Shown here: positions 61,260 through 64,000 of the stretch, piece after piece | Layout: the number at the start of each line of letters is the position of its first letter | How positions within the stretch are numbered: the first letter of the stretch is position 1 | IMG/VR virus record: IMGVR_UViG_3300033144_003384 | Location: 19,757 to 83,756 of that record | DNA length: 64,000 nt | Direction: 5' to 3' (one strand) | Source of the DNA: a virus | Position numbers and translations under genes: made by a program | Notes under the pieces: model-generated | Database searches by the model: none | What the model was told of the DNA's origin: nothing | Seen by the model: only the letters and a program-made list of their open reading frames with translations

Positions 61260-61298
61260 CTAGGTTGCCAATCGTGGGGAGTGTGCTACGCTATCCTC

Positions 61299-61838
61299 AT
61301 GGATGGTAACAAAGTTTGTACCCGATGCGATGAAGATAAACCGTTCAGCGCTTTTAACAAAAACAACAACCGTAAAGACGGTCGTCGTTCCGAGTGCAAA
61401 TCGTGTCGGAAGAGCAGGGAATCGTCTCCCTGCCCAACTTGCGGAACTTTGAAGGCTAGGCAAAGTTTGCTTTGCTTCGGCTGTTCGAGAGACGAGATGA
61501 AGCTTGATTCTCCTGAAACGCTAAAATATATGGACCCTTGTGACGTAGCGTGGCTTGCTGGAATCCTAGAAGGCGAGGGATCGTGGGTCAGAAAAGGCAA
61601 GGATCGAGTCTCGGTTCAGGTGGCGATGACGGATAGAGACATTGTCTACCGCTTAAGGAAGATAACTGGAGTTGGCAATATCTTCGGACCCTACAAGAGG
61701 GAAGCTCATCACAAAGAACTCTGGGTCTGGTCGGTTGGGGCCATTAACCATGCTAGGGATGTCACGGACAAGGTCCTTCCTTACCTTGGACAGCGAAGAA
61801 AGGCAAAGGCTGTCAAGCTTTTTGGAACGTGGGAATAG
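61299..61838 (+). CDS. Zn-finger + single-motif LAGLIDADG homing endonuclease
   Basis: four CxxC pairs, AWLAGILEGEG; leaderless after TGC-TACGCT. Confidence 0.85.
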   Translation: MDGNKVCTRCDEDKPFSAFNKNNNRKDGRRSECKSCRKSRESSPCPTCGTLKARQSLLCFGCSRDEMKLDSPETLKYMDPCDVAWLAGILEGEGSWVRKGKDRVSVQVAMTDRDIVYRLRKITGVGNIFGPYKREAHHKELWVWSVGAINHARDVTDKVLPYLGQRRKAKAVKLFGTWE

Positions 61839-61901
61839 CTCAGTAGGCAGAGCGCAACCTTGCCAAGGTTGAGGTCGCCGGTTCGACTCCGGTTTCCCGC
61901 T
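61829..61901 (+). tRNA. tRNA-Gly(GCC)
   Basis: cloverleaf, loop TTGCCAA. Confidence 0.92.
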
Positions 61902-61922
61902 CCGCTCCTAACGGAGCAATAA

Positions 61923-61995
61923 TGGGAGGTGGGTTGATGGTATCCCACCTTGTCTCTGAAACAAGGCCACGAAGGTTCGAGTCCTTCTCTCCCAG
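61923..61995 (+). tRNA. tRNA-Gln(CTG)
   Basis: cloverleaf, loop CTCTGAA. Confidence 0.85.
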
Positions 61996-62028
61996 CGGTT
62001 CCTGAGCATGACACCAAACTGCTCACAT

Positions 62029-62102
62029 AGGAGATAGGCGACGGGTGCCGATCAGATTCCAAACCTGATGTCGAGCGGGTTCGACTCCTGCATCTCCTGC
62101 CA
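62029..62102 (+). tRNA. tRNA-Trp(CCA)
   Basis: loop TTCCAAA, G73, encoded CCA; atypical D-arm. Confidence 0.8.
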
Positions 62103-62244
62103 CGGTGAGTTTCCGGATCACTCCGGCACGCCCAAACGGGCGTGGCTCATCAATGCGGTGATTCCCTCATTACACCGCGCTACCCGCTTGTCGGGAAAAG
62201 GGTCATGACGATGATCAAATGGTGTGACAATTAATGAGGTTTGA

Positions 62245-62319
62245 TGACAGTGCGCTCCGGTCGGGCGAGCTTGCCTGATAAGCAAGCTGTGCAGAGTTCA
62301 ACCCTCTGACTGTCAACCA
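62245..62319 (+). tRNA. tRNA-Ile(GAT), atypical
   Basis: loop CTGATAA, encoded CCA; 5-bp D-stem. Confidence 0.75.
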
Positions 62320-62320
62320 A

Positions 62321-62392
62321 TCCAAGGTGGCCGACTGGCAAGGCGGCTGGCTGTTAACCAGTGCAATGTGGGTTCGAATCCCGCCCTTGGAG
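62321..62392 (+). tRNA. tRNA-Asn(GTT)
   Basis: cloverleaf, loop CTGTTAA. Confidence 0.9.
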
Positions 62393-62393
62393 C

Positions 62394-62460
62394 TGTGACG
62401 TAACTCAGGGAGTATTCTGCTCTGTGACAGCGGAAGAGGGGTTCGAGTCCCCGCGTCACC
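62394..62460 (+). tRNA. tRNA-His(GTG), atypical
   Basis: loop CTGTGAC; 3-nt D-loop, extended anticodon stem, 4-bp T-stem. Confidence 0.65.
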
Positions 62461-62462
62461 CC

Positions 62463-62536
62463 GGCGACTTAGACTAACCGGATAAGTTCCCTGCCTTTCA
62501 AGCAGGTTGATATGGGTTCGAGCCCCATAGTCGTCA
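62463..62536 (+). tRNA. tRNA-Glu(TTC)
   Basis: cloverleaf, loop CTTTCAA. Confidence 0.88.
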
Positions 62537-62640
62537 CAAACGGCCCGTTGGAAGTCGTGACCGTCAGCGTATCAGGGCGCATTGGCGAATAAGAAGAAGC
62601 GAAGATACTCTGATTGTCAGCTTCAACTTGATCCAACAAA

Positions 62641-62713
62641 CAGGATGTAGCTCAGATGGAAGAGCCCCCGCCTCCTAAGCGGAAACGCCCAGGTTCAAAT
62701 CCTGGCATCCTGG
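62641..62713 (+). tRNA. tRNA-Arg(CCT)
   Basis: cloverleaf, loop CTCCTAA. Confidence 0.88.
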
Positions 62714-62857
62714 CGAGAGCAAGGTCCCTACGAAACCACGCGACGCTTCGGCCTCTCCGTGCTGGCATACCTTGCTCCCAATCGAGAGATGTAAGACGGT
62801 TTCCACAGGGCAGCACATAACCGTGGCCACGGCCTGCCTGGAACGCATTCTCTTCAC

Positions 62858-62938
62858 GCCGATATGACGGAACGGTAGACGTAGGGAGCTTAAACCTCCT
62901 GGGCGAAAGCCATGCAGGTTCAACTCCTGTTATCGGCA
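62858..62938 (+). tRNA. tRNA-Leu(TAA)
   Basis: cloverleaf, loop CTTAAAC, long variable arm. Confidence 0.9.
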
Positions 62939-62939
62939 C

Positions 62940-63508
62940 GAGACTGATGGACAAGTTATCGCTCTACCCCGTAGCTTCGGCAGGCGGGATGAGAGGAACC
63001 TCAGGACATCTCTGCATAAGGAAGGAGACGAAAGTCGCTTTTACTTCCGAGGATGCGACCGCAAACAGACGTAGCAGGAGTGCAGTGCTTAGCGTCGGGT
63101 AGCGGGCCAATAGATAGATGATAACTATGCTATCATGTCTCCATGAACGAAGTTGACGCAGCATGGGTAGCAGGCTTACTGGAAGGCGAAGCGTGTTTCG
63201 ACACAAACGCCGGAGGTAAGCGAAATCGTGTTGGGGCAGCCTATCCGAGAATCCGGATTGAGATGAAGGACAGAGATGTTCTCGTCAAGTTGAAGGATAT
63301 CTTGGGTGGTGTTGGTGGAGAGGTAAGGGAAGTCATTAGACAAAACCCGAATCATTCCAACACTTATTGCTATCAAGTTGGGGCTAAGGGTGACGTAAAG
63401 GTCATCCTTGAAGCAACGCTTTCCCACTACGGAGAGCGTCGCAGAGAAGCCGTACTTGGTCTCATGGAGATTTGCTAGTTACAGGATTCTGGGTACAGAT
63501 TCAGTTTC
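62940..63508 (+). ncRNA. rnpB: compact RNase P RNA interrupted by a homing endonuclease ORF
   Basis: P1 62940-47/63501-08; P2 62954-60/63120-26; CR-I GAGGAA + P4 CC(U)CAGGA pairing UUCUGGG in CR-V ACAGGAUUCUGGGUAC; CR-IV UAGAUAGAU; GGU loop. Confidence 0.85.
63143..63478 (+). CDS. single-motif LAGLIDADG homing endonuclease inside the RNase P RNA gene
   Basis: AWVAGLLEGEA, IEMKDRDVL; TGC-TATCAT ends 6 nt upstream of the ATG. Confidence 0.85.
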   Translation: MNEVDAAWVAGLLEGEACFDTNAGGKRNRVGAAYPRIRIEMKDRDVLVKLKDILGGVGGEVREVIRQNPNHSNTYCYQVGAKGDVKVILEATLSHYGERRREAVLGLMEIC

Positions 63509-63623
63509 ACACGCGCAGGCCCACGGTAAAGGTGGGTGAGCTTGGGAACCGACCGTATAGTAGCGCTACAATACGCGGAAAGGCCTTTGTAACAAGGGGG
63601 TGAAGGCCCCTCCCTTCGCTTCC

Positions 63624-63694
63624 GATTCCCGAGCCAGACGGCCCGGCGGCGGATTGCAAACCCGCATAACTCGGTTCGACTCCGAGGGGAATCT
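63624..63694 (+). tRNA. tRNA-Cys(GCA)
   Basis: cloverleaf, loop TTGCAAA, U73. Confidence 0.85.
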
Positions 63695-63698
63695 CTAA

Positions 63699-63769
63699 GC
63701 ACCTGTAACTTAACGGAAAAGTAGTTGGCTCTTAACCAATTAATCGGGGTTCGATTCCCTGTAGGTGTA
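63699..63769 (+). tRNA. tRNA-Lys(CTT)
   Basis: cloverleaf, loop CTCTTAA. Confidence 0.88.
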
Positions 63770-63774
63770 CGAAT

Positions 63775-63848
63775 GGACCTTTAGCTCAATCAGGTAGAGC
63801 AGCGGACTTTTAATCCGAAGGTTCAGAGTTCGATTCTCTGAGGGTCCA
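63775..63848 (+). tRNA. tRNA-Lys(TTT)
   Basis: cloverleaf, loop CTTTTAA. Confidence 0.92.
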
Positions 63849-63889
63849 CGACAGCCGAAGGGTTGTAAACAGTCGAAAGGCTGTATTGA

Positions 63890-63964
63890 GCTTCCTTAAC
63901 TCAACAAGCAGAGTCCGGCCTTTTAAGCCACGAGACGAGGGTGCAAGTCCTTCAGGAAGTACCA
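63890..63964 (+). tRNA. second, degenerate tRNA-Lys(TTT)
   Basis: loop CTTTTAA, 3-bp anticodon stem, D-loop without GG, T-loop TGCAAGT, encoded CCA. Confidence 0.7.
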
Positions 63965-64000
63965 AATGCCTACGATATCAGGCCAATCAACTGATTCATC

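Noticed and set aside
62101-62155. Hammerhead ribozyme on the minus strand (UGAUGA...GAAAC)
   Set aside because: Core begins UUGAUGA and stem II does not close properly; pairing favours the + strand
62940-63508. Group I intron hosting the LAGLIDADG ORF
   Set aside because: No group I core or interrupted exon found; the flanks match RNase P conserved regions instead
60881-63964. Stop-codon reassignment or suppressor tRNAs
   Set aside because: No CTA, TTA or TCA anticodons seen, and the long genes read intact in the standard code
1-64000. Diversity-generating retroelement or retron
   Set aside because: No reverse transcriptase motifs and no adenine-specific TR/VR repeat pair noticed; the paralog pairs are ordinary diverged duplicates
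63966-64000. Further tRNA at the window edge
   Set aside because: Truncated by the window; cannot be verified

Overview
This 64-kb window is part of a large tailed dsDNA phage genome, most likely infecting Actinomycetota (WhiB gene, LexA-box and PafBC-type promoters, many leaderless genes). 1-20 kb holds small, independently promoted genes plus DUF932, a SNF2 helicase and WhiB. 20-27 kb holds primase-helicase, SSB, a Thr-rich LPXTG protein and lysis genes. 29-44.5 kb holds ParB/PAPS-reductase, recombination, nucleotide-sugar, glycosyltransferase and methyltransferase genes. 44.5-59.6 kb is the head module: intein-containing terminase, portal-MuF fusion, prohead protease, acidic scaffold-like protein, a 1476-aa protein with a C-terminal kinase domain, and an HK97-type capsid. 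60.9-64 kb is a tRNA array. The most striking signals are RNAs. (1) A compact RNase P RNA in the tRNA array carries a LAGLIDADG ORF looped out in a stem at the P19 position, with no visible intron core. (2) An 80-nt tmRNA consists of only the tRNA-like domain and sits in a small ncRNA operon. (3) Three intergenic small RNAs expose anti-Shine-Dalgarno or C-rich segments. All RNA folds were made by eye and all protein calls are from motif recognition; no searches were run.
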